In this document: positions 47,411 through 57,029 of the stretch, piece after piece | Layout: every line of letters starts with the position of its first letter | Position numbering within the stretch: position 1 is the stretch's first letter | Assembly (NCBI GenBank): GCA_021813505.1 | Contig: JAKAKI010000081.1 | Span: 65,409 to 129,408 of the forward strand | From: a bacterium | Lineage (GTDB): Bacteria; Zixibacteria; MSB-5A5; WJJR01 | Direction: 5' to 3' | DNA: 64,000 nt | Notes under the pieces: model-generated | Database searches by the model: none | What the model was told of the DNA's origin: nothing | What the model saw: only the letters and a program-made list of their open reading frames with translations | Translations under genes and position numbers: made by a program

Positions 47411-47644
47411 TCAGGCAATCCGGCCCTGCAGGATGAAGAAGGCGACCAGTGCATAGATGGTCAGCGCTTCGATCAGCGCGCAGCCGATGATCATGCCGGT
47501 TTGGATCTTGCCGGCGGCTTCCGGCTGACGGCCCATGGCGTCCATGGCGGCAGCAACGGCGCGACCGAGTCCGAACGCCGATCCCAGGGCGGCAATCGCC
47601 AGGCCGAGCGGAAGGGCAAACGATAATGCGGTTTTGAAGTCCAT
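47411..47644 (-). CDS. atpE: ATP synthase Fo c (H+-type)
   Basis: Gly-rich first helix, RQPEA loop, ALIEALTIY. Confidence 0.96.
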   Translation of the reverse strand: MDFKTALSFALPLGLAIAALGSAFGLGRAVAAAMDAMGRQPEAAGKIQTGMIIGCALIEALTIYALVAFFILQGRIA

Positions 47645-47696
47645 GATGGTTCTCCTTTTGGTCAATAGTTCGAGGGTGACATGATTGCGCTTTGCC

Positions 47697-47726
47697 ATAG
47701 GTCCTATAGGACCTATTGAACCTATT
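47697..47726. repeat. 9-nt periodic array (ATAGGACCT-like)
   Basis: ataggtcct ataggacct attgaacct att. Confidence 0.55.
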
Positions 47727-47729
47727 CTT

Positions 47730-48590
47730 CTAGTGGTGCTCGGCGTGCTCCTCGTGGGTGGCAAGCATCATCGAGAAGTACACAGTTGACAGTAATGTGA
47801 ACACGAGTGCCTGGATCGTGCCGGTCAGGAGCGCCAGAAAAATGAAAGGCAGCTCCAACGGAATACCGACTGGTGAGTGCATAAAGGAGACGGCCATGAC
47901 ACCGAGACCGACAAATGCGGCCAGGAGCACGTCCTCTCCCGTGATATTGCCGAATAGACGTAACGAAAGTGAGAGTGGCTTGGCGAGTTCGCCGATGATG
48001 TGGATCGGCAAATTGAGCGGAACGAGTATCCACTGCACGGTGTCGCGCGGGCTGCCCATGAGGTGATCGACGTATCCTTTGATCCCCTGCTTCCTGAGTC
48101 CGGCGTACTGGACGTAGAGGAAGACACAGACCGCGAGGGCGATCGTGGTGTTGATTCCGTTCGGGCCACCGGTCGGCGACATCATGCCGGGGATGAGCCC
48201 GAACATGTTCATGCACCAGATGTAGATGAACAGGGTGCCCAGGAACGGCGTGTACTTCCGACCCTCCGGACCAAGAATACCGGCGAAGAAATCATCGAGT
48301 CCCTCAACCACCATCTCGAGGAAGTTCTGCAGTTTTCCCGGCAGAAGGCCGTGTTTGCGTGTGGCGGACCAGGCGACGATCGAGATAATGATCGCCACGG
48401 TGAAGGCGAAGACCACATTCTCCCAGTGGTGGAGAAACTGAATGAACGGCGAGTCGTGAAAGTAGTGCGACAGGAGCGTGATGACATTGGGCAGTTCGGG
48501 AGCGCCCGCCGGTTTGGCGGCCCCGCCCTCGGCGACGTGCTCAGTGACGTCAAGAAGTGGATAGAACATGGCGAGCAGAGCCGTCAGCAT
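47730..48590 (-). CDS. atpB: ATP synthase Fo a
   Basis: PGKLQNFLE, KPLSLSLRLFGNI, IQALVFTLL. Confidence 0.97.
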   Translation of the reverse strand: MLTALLAMFYPLLDVTEHVAEGGAAKPAGAPELPNVITLLSHYFHDSPFIQFLHHWENVVFAFTVAIIISIVAWSATRKHGLLPGKLQNFLEMVVEGLDDFFAGILGPEGRKYTPFLGTLFIYIWCMNMFGLIPGMMSPTGGPNGINTTIALAVCVFLYVQYAGLRKQGIKGYVDHLMGSPRDTVQWILVPLNLPIHIIGELAKPLSLSLRLFGNITGEDVLLAAFVGLGVMAVSFMHSPVGIPLELPFIFLALLTGTIQALVFTLLSTVYFSMMLATHEEHAEHH

Positions 48591-49006
48591 CAGGTGCGGG
48601 TCCCCAGAGTCTCAGGTGTCGACGCGGGGCGCTTGGCCCGGTCGTCAAGATGAAGGAAGATGCGTCCGGCGGCTTTCAGCGCGACAACCACGAACAGGAT
48701 CGTAAATCCCGCGAGAAGTGCCAGCGGCGGGAACCAGCCTGAAGTGAGAATGAAATAGCCGCCGACATACAGAACCGGGAATTTGATGGCCGCCATAGTA
48801 AGGGCGCGGCGGCGATCGATGCCATGCGGTGTCACCAGCGCGGTGATCACGCGCGTCAGTGCCCAGAAATTGCCGATGCCCCAGGCACAACCGACCAGAA
48901 TTCCCCACGCGAATTCAATGTTGTAGTACAGTGCCACAAAGGCGAAGGCGAGCACACCCACGACGGCGGTGGCTCGCATCACCCGATGAAGGAACTCCAA
49001 TCCCAA
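48590..49006 (-). CDS. atpI: ATP synthase protein I
   Basis: 4-TM protein immediately upstream of atpB. Confidence 0.75.
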   Translation of the reverse strand: MGLEFLHRVMRATAVVGVLAFAFVALYYNIEFAWGILVGCAWGIGNFWALTRVITALVTPHGIDRRRALTMAAIKFPVLYVGGYFILTSGWFPPLALLAGFTILFVVVALKAAGRIFLHLDDRAKRPASTPETLGTRT

Positions 49007-49022
49007 TTTGACCCTCGCGACT

Positions 49023-49274
49023 CTACTTCTTTTCGGATCGCTCGTCGTCGCGCGAAGCTTTCTGGATCAATCCCCAGACTTCTTTGCCTGCTGCGATGAA
49101 TCCCAGTATGATGAACAAGACCATCAACCAGGGATCAGTACCGAAACGACCATCCAGCCAGTGACCGATGACGTACCCGATGAGCGGCCCGAACATCAGG
49201 ACAAACGGAATGGCGGTTAGAATCGCCACCGGTCGCATCCGTCGGCCTATGTCACCGCTCTTCGGTCGTGTCAT
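49023..49274 (-). CDS. AtpZ/AtpI-family (ATPase gene1) protein
   Basis: GY.IG.WLD.RFGT.PWL...G..AAG signature. Confidence 0.85.
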   Translation of the reverse strand: MTRPKSGDIGRRMRPVAILTAIPFVLMFGPLIGYVIGHWLDGRFGTDPWLMVLFIILGFIAAGKEVWGLIQKASRDDERSEKK

Positions 49275-49453
49275 TGCCGACCGGCTGGTCCTCGCTTCGG
49301 CCTTCTGAACGCCCCTTGTGACTTATTTCGCAAGGTCGCCGCCGAAGCGAAACACAAGTATTTGTGCGGAAAAGGCCCGAAGTCAAGGCGATTTTGCCCT
49401 GATTTCGCAAACGTATGGAGCGGTCGCATCCGACTGGGCTGGCCTCCCGCGAA

Positions 49454-49663
49454 GAACCCCACCATCCGTCCTGTCTGCGGCGCAGACTGGACTCCTGGTG
49501 GGCCACCGTGAGCTCGGAGTGGTGGCCCACCAAGAGCGGAATCGCCGAAGGCGATGGAGCGGATGGCGGGGTTCGGCGCGGTAGCGGTATAAATTTCAGT
49601 TCGCCTGCCGCAAAATGATTCGAGGCTTCGCCTCGAACGCGGGCGAGGGCGCCCCGCGCCACC
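49454..49663. repeat. Multi-branched palindromic element plus a REP-like unit
   Basis: Closing stem GAACCCCACCATCCG/CGGATGGCGGGGTTC enclosing three hairpins; GCGGGCGAGGGCGCCCCGCGCCACC at 49639-49663. Confidence 0.55.
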
Positions 49664-49704
49664 TTCGCTAAGTCAGTTGCGCTGCGCCTACCAACGGGCC
49701 TCTA

Positions 49705-50793
49705 TCATGTTAGTCTATCGGTGAACGGGGTGAGCTGTTTCAAGCGGGCTTCGAGTTCGGCGATGCGCTTTTCGAGGCTGCGGATGGTCTTCACGTGCTC
49801 GGGGAGCGAGTACATTGAGGCGATGATACGTTTTTGGCGGGAGAAGTCGACCGCGGGCGAGCCGAACTGCTGCCCGCCTTCCGGGATGGATTTGGCCACG
49901 CCGGATTGGGCGGCGACGACGGCGCCGTTGCCGATTTCGATGTGCCCGATCACGCCCACTTGGCCGGCGAGTGTAACGCGATCACCCAGCTTGGTCGAGC
50001 CGGAAATGCCGACCTGCGAGATGATGATGCAGTCCTCGCCGATCTGCACATTGTGCGCGATTTGCACGAGGTTGTCGATTTTCGTGCCGCGTCCGATCGT
50101 GGTCTGTCCCATGGTGGCGCGGTCGATTGCACAGCAGGCGCCGATCTCGACATCGTCGCCAACAGTCACACCGCCGACCTGGGGAATCTTATGGTGGCGG
50201 CCCTGGTAGGGAGCGTAGCCGAAACCATCGGACCCGACGACTGTTCCGGGGTGAATGCGCACGCGATTCCCGAGCGTGCATCCGGGCAGGATGGTCGTAG
50301 TCGGACCGATGCAGCAGCTTTCACCGATAACCGATCGCGTTCCGACAAAGGAGCCGGCGAGTATCACACTCCCCGCTCCCAGCGTCACATCGTCCTCGAT
50401 GACGCAGTTTGGACCAACATGCACGCCATCGGCAAGATGAACCCGCTTGCCGATCCGTGCCGAGCGGTCGACCCCGGGTTCGGGTGCGGGCGGCCCTGGA
50501 TGGAAGACACGTAGCGCCTGCAAAAAGGCGTAGTATGGATTCGGATGAAAAAGCAGGGCGAGGCCCGGCGGGATGTCCTCGCTGTTGACGCGAAAGGCGG
50601 CGGATTCCGGCGGAAGCAGGATGGCGGAAGCGCGCGTCGATTTCAGATGCTGGCCGTACTTGGGATTGGCCAGAAACGTCAGGTGTCCCGATCCGGCGTC
50701 TTCAATCCCCGCGACACCGGTCAGGACCGTATCGCCATCACCGACCAGCCGGGCTTGAAGTTGCCCGGCCAACTCCCGCAGAGAGACGGTCAT
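49705..50793 (-). CDS. lpxD: UDP-3-O-(3-hydroxyacyl)glucosamine N-acyltransferase
   Basis: LTFLANPKY, hexapeptide repeats, GSDGFGY, KIPQVG, KIDNLVQIAHNV. Confidence 0.97.
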   Translation of the reverse strand: MTVSLRELAGQLQARLVGDGDTVLTGVAGIEDAGSGHLTFLANPKYGQHLKSTRASAILLPPESAAFRVNSEDIPPGLALLFHPNPYYAFLQALRVFHPGPPAPEPGVDRSARIGKRVHLADGVHVGPNCVIEDDVTLGAGSVILAGSFVGTRSVIGESCCIGPTTTILPGCTLGNRVRIHPGTVVGSDGFGYAPYQGRHHKIPQVGGVTVGDDVEIGACCAIDRATMGQTTIGRGTKIDNLVQIAHNVQIGEDCIIISQVGISGSTKLGDRVTLAGQVGVIGHIEIGNGAVVAAQSGVAKSIPEGGQQFGSPAVDFSRQKRIIASMYSLPEHVKTIRSLEKRIAELEARLKQLTPFTDRLT

Positions 50794-51362
50794 TTGAGTT
50801 TGGCGAGTTCTTCGAACACCCGGTCGGTCAAGTCGAGCTTGTCTTTGGCGTACATGATCGGGCTGAACTGGATTCCCGCCGATGTCAGGTAATTCTGTGA
50901 ACCGTTCAAGACGTAGTCAAAATCCTCGCCGACGGCGATGCGCTGAACCACGTCCTGAATCTTCTTCAGGATCGGCGAGGTCAGCTCGGCACGGCGTTTC
51001 TCGGCTTCGCCTTCGTACTTGGCCTTGGTTTGCATGAGATTCTGCTCCATCTGGGCCAGTTCGGTCTCCCGCGCCTTGCGTGTGTCGTCGGTGAGGATCA
51101 GACGCTGTTTGCGATAATCATCCAGTTTGTTCAAATACTCGGTCTGCAGGCTGTCGAAGTTGGCTTCCCAAACCTGCGCATCTTTTTGGAAGAGGTTCTC
51201 GGCTTCCTTGAATTCCTTGTATTCGCTGAGGATTTTGTCCAGATCCACCCAGCCAATCTTGCCGGACTGGGCTCTTGCACCGGGGACGGCGGCAAATGCC
51301 ATCAGCATCAGAACCCCCAACAGACAAATGAAGAATCGTGTAAACGTCGAATGTGTGGTCAT
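50790..51362 (-). CDS. skp: Periplasmic chaperone Skp/OmpH
   Basis: Signal peptide, KIGWVD, coiled coil, DLTDRV; bamA-skp-lpxD synteny. Confidence 0.92.
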   Translation of the reverse strand: MTTHSTFTRFFICLLGVLMLMAFAAVPGARAQSGKIGWVDLDKILSEYKEFKEAENLFQKDAQVWEANFDSLQTEYLNKLDDYRKQRLILTDDTRKARETELAQMEQNLMQTKAKYEGEAEKRRAELTSPILKKIQDVVQRIAVGEDFDYVLNGSQNYLTSAGIQFSPIMYAKDKLDLTDRVFEELAKLK

Positions 51363-51397
51363 GGTCTCTCCATCGAACGAGTTCAATTCCCCCAATA

Positions 51398-53842
51398 CTA
51401 GAAATTCCCTCCGAACTGAAAATGCGGCTTGAGCTTTCCCTTTCCAGAACCGCGCAGCGGGATGCCAAAATCGAAGCCCAGCGTCCCCATACCCGGCACC
51501 GTTAATCTAAAGCCAAATCCGTACGAAGTGTAGAGATTCGAGAAGGGCTTCATGAGGGAAAGATTGGTCCAGACATTTCCAGCATCGAAGAACAAGAGGC
51601 CGTGAATCTGCTCTTTGACCACCGGGAAGGTCAATTCCGCGTTCATGACAGCGAGGGCGCGGCCGGGGTAAGAGATGTAACGGCTGTAACTCCCGACATA
51701 TCCGCCGGGGATCTGCCCGCCAATGAAACCGCCGCGGATGAGTCCGGGAATCCGTGTCTTGCCGGTCGTATCACTGAGTAATTGGGCCTGGATGACACCG
51801 TCGTCGTAGCCACGGATTGTGCCATCGGAACGAATCCCACCGGCGCTTAGCAATTCGAGATATGGCACGGCATTGACCCCGGCATCACCCTGAATCGCCG
51901 TGAGTTTCCACGACGGGGCAAACGTCAGACCCTTGAAGATCGGAGAGTAATGGGCATAGCTCACCGTGTGTTTGACATACGACCACAGGCCTCCGAGTGC
52001 GCCGCCGGCGAATTCGATCTGATATGAAAACCGCGAGCCATGCTCGGCAAATTCCGGTAGATCGCGGGAGTCCCGCTGGACCGTGAACGACGTCGCCGAA
52101 GTTGTCTGCGGCCACGGCTGCTTATCGAGCGACGACACCTGGCCGCTGAAGTAATCTTTGAAACCGGTCGAGAAATCCTTGGCGATCGTGCTTTCCAGCC
52201 GATAGTCGGCGTAAACGCGGAAGTAATCGTCGGGCCAGCGCAACCTCCGTCCAAAGCGGAGATCGAATCCCTTGCGCTTTTCGGTGTAATCGGTGGTTCC
52301 TGCGATGTAGGTGAGATCGACGTCACGTGTCGTGTTGTACAGATCAAATCCAACGGTGGTCGGCGTATCGAGGAACCAGGGTTCGGTCAGCCCAATCGAA
52401 TACGACTGGCGGCGCGCGCCGAAGTCGACCGAAAGATTCGCGTCCTGGCCGTTGCCGCCAAGATTGGGAATGCCGAGCGATATGGTTCCAACCAGCTTGT
52501 CGGTGCCAGAATAGCCGGCGCCGACCTGGACCTGGCCGGTGGGTTTCTCTTCCACTTTCACCATCAGATCGACCTGGCCATCGGGCAGCACTTTGTAATC
52601 GGGATTGACGTTCGCGAAGTAATTCAAGGCCATCACGTTTCGCAGAGAACGCATGAGGCTCGAGCGGTGGAACACCTCGCCGGGGTAGATCGCCAACTCA
52701 CGCCGAATCACCTTATCCTTGGTCTTGACGTTGCCTTCGATGTTGATCCGGTGCACGTGAGCCGGAACACCCTCGGAGACCTCACAACTGACATTGACCA
52801 CGGAATCGACGGTCTTGGTGTCCTCGACGACCCGCGCGTAGAGATAGCCGTCTTCCTGATATGCCTGGTAAATGTTGCCGATGGACTTCTCAAAGCTTTC
52901 CTGATCGAAGACATCCCCCTGCTTATATTCAAGGGTACGGCGCAGTTTGTCTTCCGTGAAGACCTGTTGCCCGGAGAAACTTGTCGTACCGAAGTAGTAC
53001 TTCGGCCCTTCGTTCACTTCGAACTTCAGCGTCACTTTGGTCTTGGACTCGTTGAGGATGATCGTGTCGGAGACCAGGATTGCGTCGAGGAATCCGTTCT
53101 TCTTGTAGGTATCGATTATCGCCGTCTTGTCTTCGGCGTATTTCTCACGATTGAATTTGCCGCCGCCGAAGATCGATTTCAGAAAGCTGCGGGGCTTGTT
53201 CTGCATCTTCTTTTGCAGCGTCGAGTGGGACAGCTGCCTGGCGCTGTCAAAGATGATCGCTTCGACGGTGACCGGTTTATTCTCTTCGATTTCGAAGACA
53301 GCGTCGGCCTCACCGACGACCGTGGTCGGCTGCAACTGCGGTTTGACGTTGACGAGGAAGAAGCCCTTTTCCCGGTAGGCTTTGCGGATCGCAGACTCGG
53401 CATCCTTGAGCCGCTCCGGCGTGATGGTTTGACCACGTTTCAAGCCGAGCTTGAAGTCCTCTTCCTTGATATCCTCGTTGCCCTTGAAGACCAGCTTGTC
53501 CAGTCGGGGCGCCTCGACCACCTTGATGATGAGGTGAATGCCGCCCGGCTCTTGTTCGCCCAGGATCTTGACGTCATCGAAGAGTTTGAGGCCATAGACC
53601 TGGTGGATCGCCTGTTGGATGTTCTCGCTGTTGACCTTCTGTCCGGGAACGAAGCCGCTGTTGCCGATGATCAACTGGGCATCGGTCACCCGGTTCCCTT
53701 CGACGGTGACTTCGGAGATAACCTGGTCCTGCGCGAACGTGTGAGAGGCGCTCGTGAGGAGGAGGAACAACGCGAACACGGCGACGCCCCAGCCCACAGG
53801 GCGCCTCGCGGGTTTGCGGAGATGCGGATGGTTCATCTTCAC
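51398..53842 (-). CDS. bamA: Outer membrane protein assembly factor BamA
   Basis: POTRA repeats (GN.KTKDKVIRRE), TEPWF, IRGY, FFDAGNVW, C-terminal F. Confidence 0.97.
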   Translation of the reverse strand: MKMNHPHLRKPARRPVGWGVAVFALFLLLTSASHTFAQDQVISEVTVEGNRVTDAQLIIGNSGFVPGQKVNSENIQQAIHQVYGLKLFDDVKILGEQEPGGIHLIIKVVEAPRLDKLVFKGNEDIKEEDFKLGLKRGQTITPERLKDAESAIRKAYREKGFFLVNVKPQLQPTTVVGEADAVFEIEENKPVTVEAIIFDSARQLSHSTLQKKMQNKPRSFLKSIFGGGKFNREKYAEDKTAIIDTYKKNGFLDAILVSDTIILNESKTKVTLKFEVNEGPKYYFGTTSFSGQQVFTEDKLRRTLEYKQGDVFDQESFEKSIGNIYQAYQEDGYLYARVVEDTKTVDSVVNVSCEVSEGVPAHVHRINIEGNVKTKDKVIRRELAIYPGEVFHRSSLMRSLRNVMALNYFANVNPDYKVLPDGQVDLMVKVEEKPTGQVQVGAGYSGTDKLVGTISLGIPNLGGNGQDANLSVDFGARRQSYSIGLTEPWFLDTPTTVGFDLYNTTRDVDLTYIAGTTDYTEKRKGFDLRFGRRLRWPDDYFRVYADYRLESTIAKDFSTGFKDYFSGQVSSLDKQPWPQTTSATSFTVQRDSRDLPEFAEHGSRFSYQIEFAGGALGGLWSYVKHTVSYAHYSPIFKGLTFAPSWKLTAIQGDAGVNAVPYLELLSAGGIRSDGTIRGYDDGVIQAQLLSDTTGKTRIPGLIRGGFIGGQIPGGYVGSYSRYISYPGRALAVMNAELTFPVVKEQIHGLLFFDAGNVWTNLSLMKPFSNLYTSYGFGFRLTVPGMGTLGFDFGIPLRGSGKGKLKPHFQFGGNF

Positions 53843-53880
53843 GACGGAGACTAATCCCCGCCAACGGCTGGACGGCCTGT

Positions 53881-54198
53881 TCAGGAGACGACGTCGGTAA
53901 TGCGAACGAGCGTATGCATCTGCCGGTGGCCGTTTTTGCGCCGGTAAACCGCACGCTTCTTATGTTTGAAGACGATCAGTCTGCCGTCACGTCCCTGTTC
54001 GACGATTTCCCCAACGATCCGGGCGCCATTGACATACGGCCGGCCGGTGGCGGTTTCGTCGCCCTTGCGAACCAGGAGCACTTTTTCGAATTCGATGCGG
54101 TCGCCAGCGGCACCACCGAGTCGCTCGACCCGGACGACGTCACCCACGCCGACGGCGTACTGTCTTGCTCCGGATTCAAAGATTGCAGCCAAACTCAT
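53881..54198 (-). CDS. rplU: 50S ribosomal protein L21
   Basis: AIFESGARQY.V..GD, GRPYV.GA, VFKHKKR..YRRKNGHRQ; start ATG 54198/54201 or TTG 54192. Confidence 0.93.
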   Translation of the reverse strand: MSLAAIFESGARQYAVGVGDVVRVERLGGAAGDRIEFEKVLLVRKGDETATGRPYVNGARIVGEIVEQGRDGRLIVFKHKKRAVYRRKNGHRQMHTLVRITDVVS

Positions 54199-54393
54199 CA
54201 TACTCTCCATTCTGCGACAGCCGGCTTCCATTGGCCGACGAATCTTCCATTTTTGCCAATTTCTGCCCAATTGTCAACAGAATTCGCCTCCATGGCGCGT
54301 TCAATTGCGCATTGTATCTCTGCTGCAGAACTGTATACACCGGGGCAAGGGGTTGTTTCCCAGATGGTTCCGGGATTGTGACGGGGGTGAGTC

Positions 54394-54769
54394 CAAAGGG
54401 CTGAAAGCCCCTCAGCCGCTATTCGCGGCCCGTCAATCGGTAGCGGCGCCCCTGTGTGGGCGCCCCATTGTCTCGGCGCGCGGCGGCGGACCGGGCGGCC
54501 ACACAGGGCCGCCTCTACGGGGCAGAGGCGGCGGCGCAAGGAAGAATGGAATCGGATGGGAGGCCAAGGGGCTGAAAGCCCCTTGTCCGCAATTCGCGGT
54601 CCGCCGATTAGTAGCGGCGCCCCTGTGTGGGCGTCCCATTGCATCGGCGCGCGGACCGGGCGGCCACACAGGGCCGCCCCTACGGGTGAAAGCGTGCTGC
54701 TGCGCCCGGGCGGCCATCGCAAAGGGGGAATAGAATCGGATGGGAGGACAAGGGGCTTTCAGCCCCTTG
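54394..54769. repeat. BIME-like tandem mosaic of two REP families (about 171-184 bp period)
   Basis: CAAGGGGCTGAAAGCCCCTTG-type hairpins at 54394, 54565, 54749 alternate with inverted GTAGCGGCGCCCCTGTGTGGGCG..CGGCCACACAGGGCCGCCYCTAC pairs at 54440-54518 and 54611-54683. Confidence 0.85.
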
Positions 54770-54874
54770 GCCCTTGGACTTTTTCGGCTAAGATGATTGG
54801 CAACGCCAATTCTTAGGGAGTATCATGGGGGGTTGGCAGAGATTGATCCGAATTAGGCGAGGGTGTGAATCCAT

Positions 54875-56875
54875 ATGAGTGTCTTCAATCTGAAAAGTCC
54901 GTACACACCGACCGGGGATCAGCCGGAGGCGATTACGGCGCTGGTGGATGGGCTGAACCGTGGACTGCAATACCAGACCTTGCTGGGGGTCACCGGTTCG
55001 GGCAAGACGTTTACGATGGCGAATGTGATCGCCCAGTGGGAGCGGCCGACATTGGTCATCTCGCACAACAAGACATTGGCCGCCCAGTTGTACGGCGAGT
55101 TGAAATCGTTCTTTCCGGACAACGCGGTCGAGTTCTTTATCAGCTACTACGACTACTACCAGCCGGAAGCTTACGTGCCGCAGACGGACACGTATATCGA
55201 GAAGGACACATCGATCAATGACGATATCGACCGCATGCGTCTGCGTGCGACAGCGTCGCTATTGGAGCGGCGCGACGTGATCATCGTGGCGTCGGTGTCG
55301 TGCATTTACGGATTAGGCTCGCCGGAAGATTACAAGAACATGATGATCTTTCTGGAGGTCGGCCAGACGATTCCGCGCGATGAATTGCTACGGAAGCTGA
55401 TCGACATTCATTACAACCGCAATGACTTCGAACTGGCGCGGGGAACGTTTCGGGTGCGCGGGGACACGATTGAGATCATGCCGGCGTACGAGCAGACCGC
55501 GGTGCGCGTCGAGCTGTTTGGTGATGAAATCGATAAGATCACCCTGGTCGATTCGCTGACGGGTGAAGTCAAACGGCAGCAGAATCGGAAAGCCATCTAT
55601 CCGGCGAAACACTTCGTCACCACGGTGCCAAGTCTGCAACGGGCCATCAAGGGAATCGAAATCGAGCTGGCCGAGCGGCTGGAGCAGTTCCGCGCGCAAG
55701 ACAAGCTGCTCGAAGCGCAACGGCTGGAATCGCGGACGAAGTTTGATCTGGAGATGCTCAAGGAAGTCGGGTACTGCACCGGGGTCGAGAATTATTCACG
55801 CCATCTGTCGGGACGCAAGCCGGGTGAGCGGCCGTTCACGCTTCTGGATTTCTTTCCCCAGGGAGATTTCCTGACGATCCTCGATGAGTCGCATCAATCG
55901 CTGCCGCAGATTCGCGGCATGTACGCGGGTGACCGGTCACGCAAGGAGGTGCTGGTCGAATACGGCTTCCGGCTGCCGTCGGCGCTGGACAACCGTCCGA
56001 TGTTCTTCGACGAATTCTGGGCCTCGCTCGACCGGGTGGTGTTCGCGTCGGCCACGCCGGCTGACCTGGAGTTGGAGCGGTCGGCGGGAGTCGTCGTCGA
56101 GCAGATTATCCGGCCGACCGGGCTGATCGATCCGGAGATCATTGTCCGTCCGCTGGCCAAGCAGGTCGACGATTTGCTGGAGGAAATCCGCAAGCGCGTG
56201 GAACTCCACCAGCGGGTGCTGGTCACGACGCTCACGAAGCGCATGGCGGAGGACCTGGCGGACTACCTGGCGCAGATGAAAATCCGGGTGCGGTATCTCC
56301 ACTCGGAGATCGATGCGATTGAGCGAACCGAGATTCTGCGCGACTTGCGACTGGCGGAATTCGACGTCTTGGTGGGGATCAACCTGTTGCGCGAGGGACT
56401 CGATCTGCCGGAGGTATCGCTGGTCGCAATTCTCGATGCCGATAAAGAAGGATTCTTGCGCTCCGAGCGGTCGCTGATCCAAGTCTCGGGTCGCGCGGCG
56501 CGGCATGTCAACGGCACCGTCGTCATGTATGCGGACAAGATCACCGACTCAATGCGCAAAGCGATCGACGAGACTGCACGGCGCCGCACAATTCAGTTGC
56601 GCTATAACGAAGAGCATGGGATCGTGCCGCAGACGATTGTGAAGAGCGAAGAGGAAATCCGGCGCGCCACGGTGTTCGCCGATTCCAAAACCGATTTGCC
56701 GCCGTCCGAGAAGCCTGACCGTCCTACCGGATTCGAGCAAATGGAGCTCGAGGATCAGATCCTGTTTCTCACCAAAGCGATGAAGGAAGCATCCAAGAAA
56801 CTCGACTTTGAACGGGCGGCACATCTGCGAGATGAAATCGCGGAGGTGCGGAAGAGGCGGCATGGGGGGAAGTGA
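54875..56875 (+). CDS. uvrB: Excinuclease ABC subunit UvrB
   Basis: [43 protein letters not shown]-terminal UVR domain. Confidence 0.99.
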   Translation: MSVFNLKSPYTPTGDQPEAITALVDGLNRGLQYQTLLGVTGSGKTFTMANVIAQWERPTLVISHNKTLAAQLYGELKSFFPDNAVEFFISYYDYYQPEAYVPQTDTYIEKDTSINDDIDRMRLRATASLLERRDVIIVASVSCIYGLGSPEDYKNMMIFLEVGQTIPRDELLRKLIDIHYNRNDFELARGTFRVRGDTIEIMPAYEQTAVRVELFGDEIDKITLVDSLTGEVKRQQNRKAIYPAKHFVTTVPSLQRAIKGIEIELAERLEQFRAQDKLLEAQRLESRTKFDLEMLKEVGYCTGVENYSRHLSGRKPGERPFTLLDFFPQGDFLTILDESHQSLPQIRGMYAGDRSRKEVLVEYGFRLPSALDNRPMFFDEFWASLDRVVFASATPADLELERSAGVVVEQIIRPTGLIDPEIIVRPLAKQVDDLLEEIRKRVELHQRVLVTTLTKRMAEDLADYLAQMKIRVRYLHSEIDAIERTEILRDLRLAEFDVLVGINLLREGLDLPEVSLVAILDADKEGFLRSERSLIQVSGRAARHVNGTVVMYADKITDSMRKAIDETARRRTIQLRYNEEHGIVPQTIVKSEEEIRRATVFADSKTDLPPSEKPDRPTGFEQMELEDQILFLTKAMKEASKKLDFERAAHLRDEIAEVRKRRHGGK

Positions 56876-57029
56876 TAACTGTGACAATGGAGCCCCTTGA
56901 AGCGAGTGGCTCAGATCGAAGCTAACGATGAATACGTCAACAACAGGGGAAGGTGGGACCGTTCACCGACCACCCAGCTGTATGCCTCTTGCAAGGAAGG
57001 CCACATTGTGTTCCTTTCGCGTGGCGAGA

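Noticed and set aside
47411-47644. Na+-translocating ATP synthase
   Set aside because: The c-subunit lacks the Gln in helix 1 and has EAL instead of the ES/T Na+-binding motif
54292-54310. Sigma54 promoter TGGCGCGTTCAATTGC
   Set aside because: GG-to-GC spacing is 11 nt rather than the required 10
54394-54769. Possible CRISPR array or protein-coding repeat ORFs
   Set aside because: Period is 171-184 bp, the linkers are homologous to each other rather than unique spacers, and the overlapping ORFs are translations of palindromic repeats
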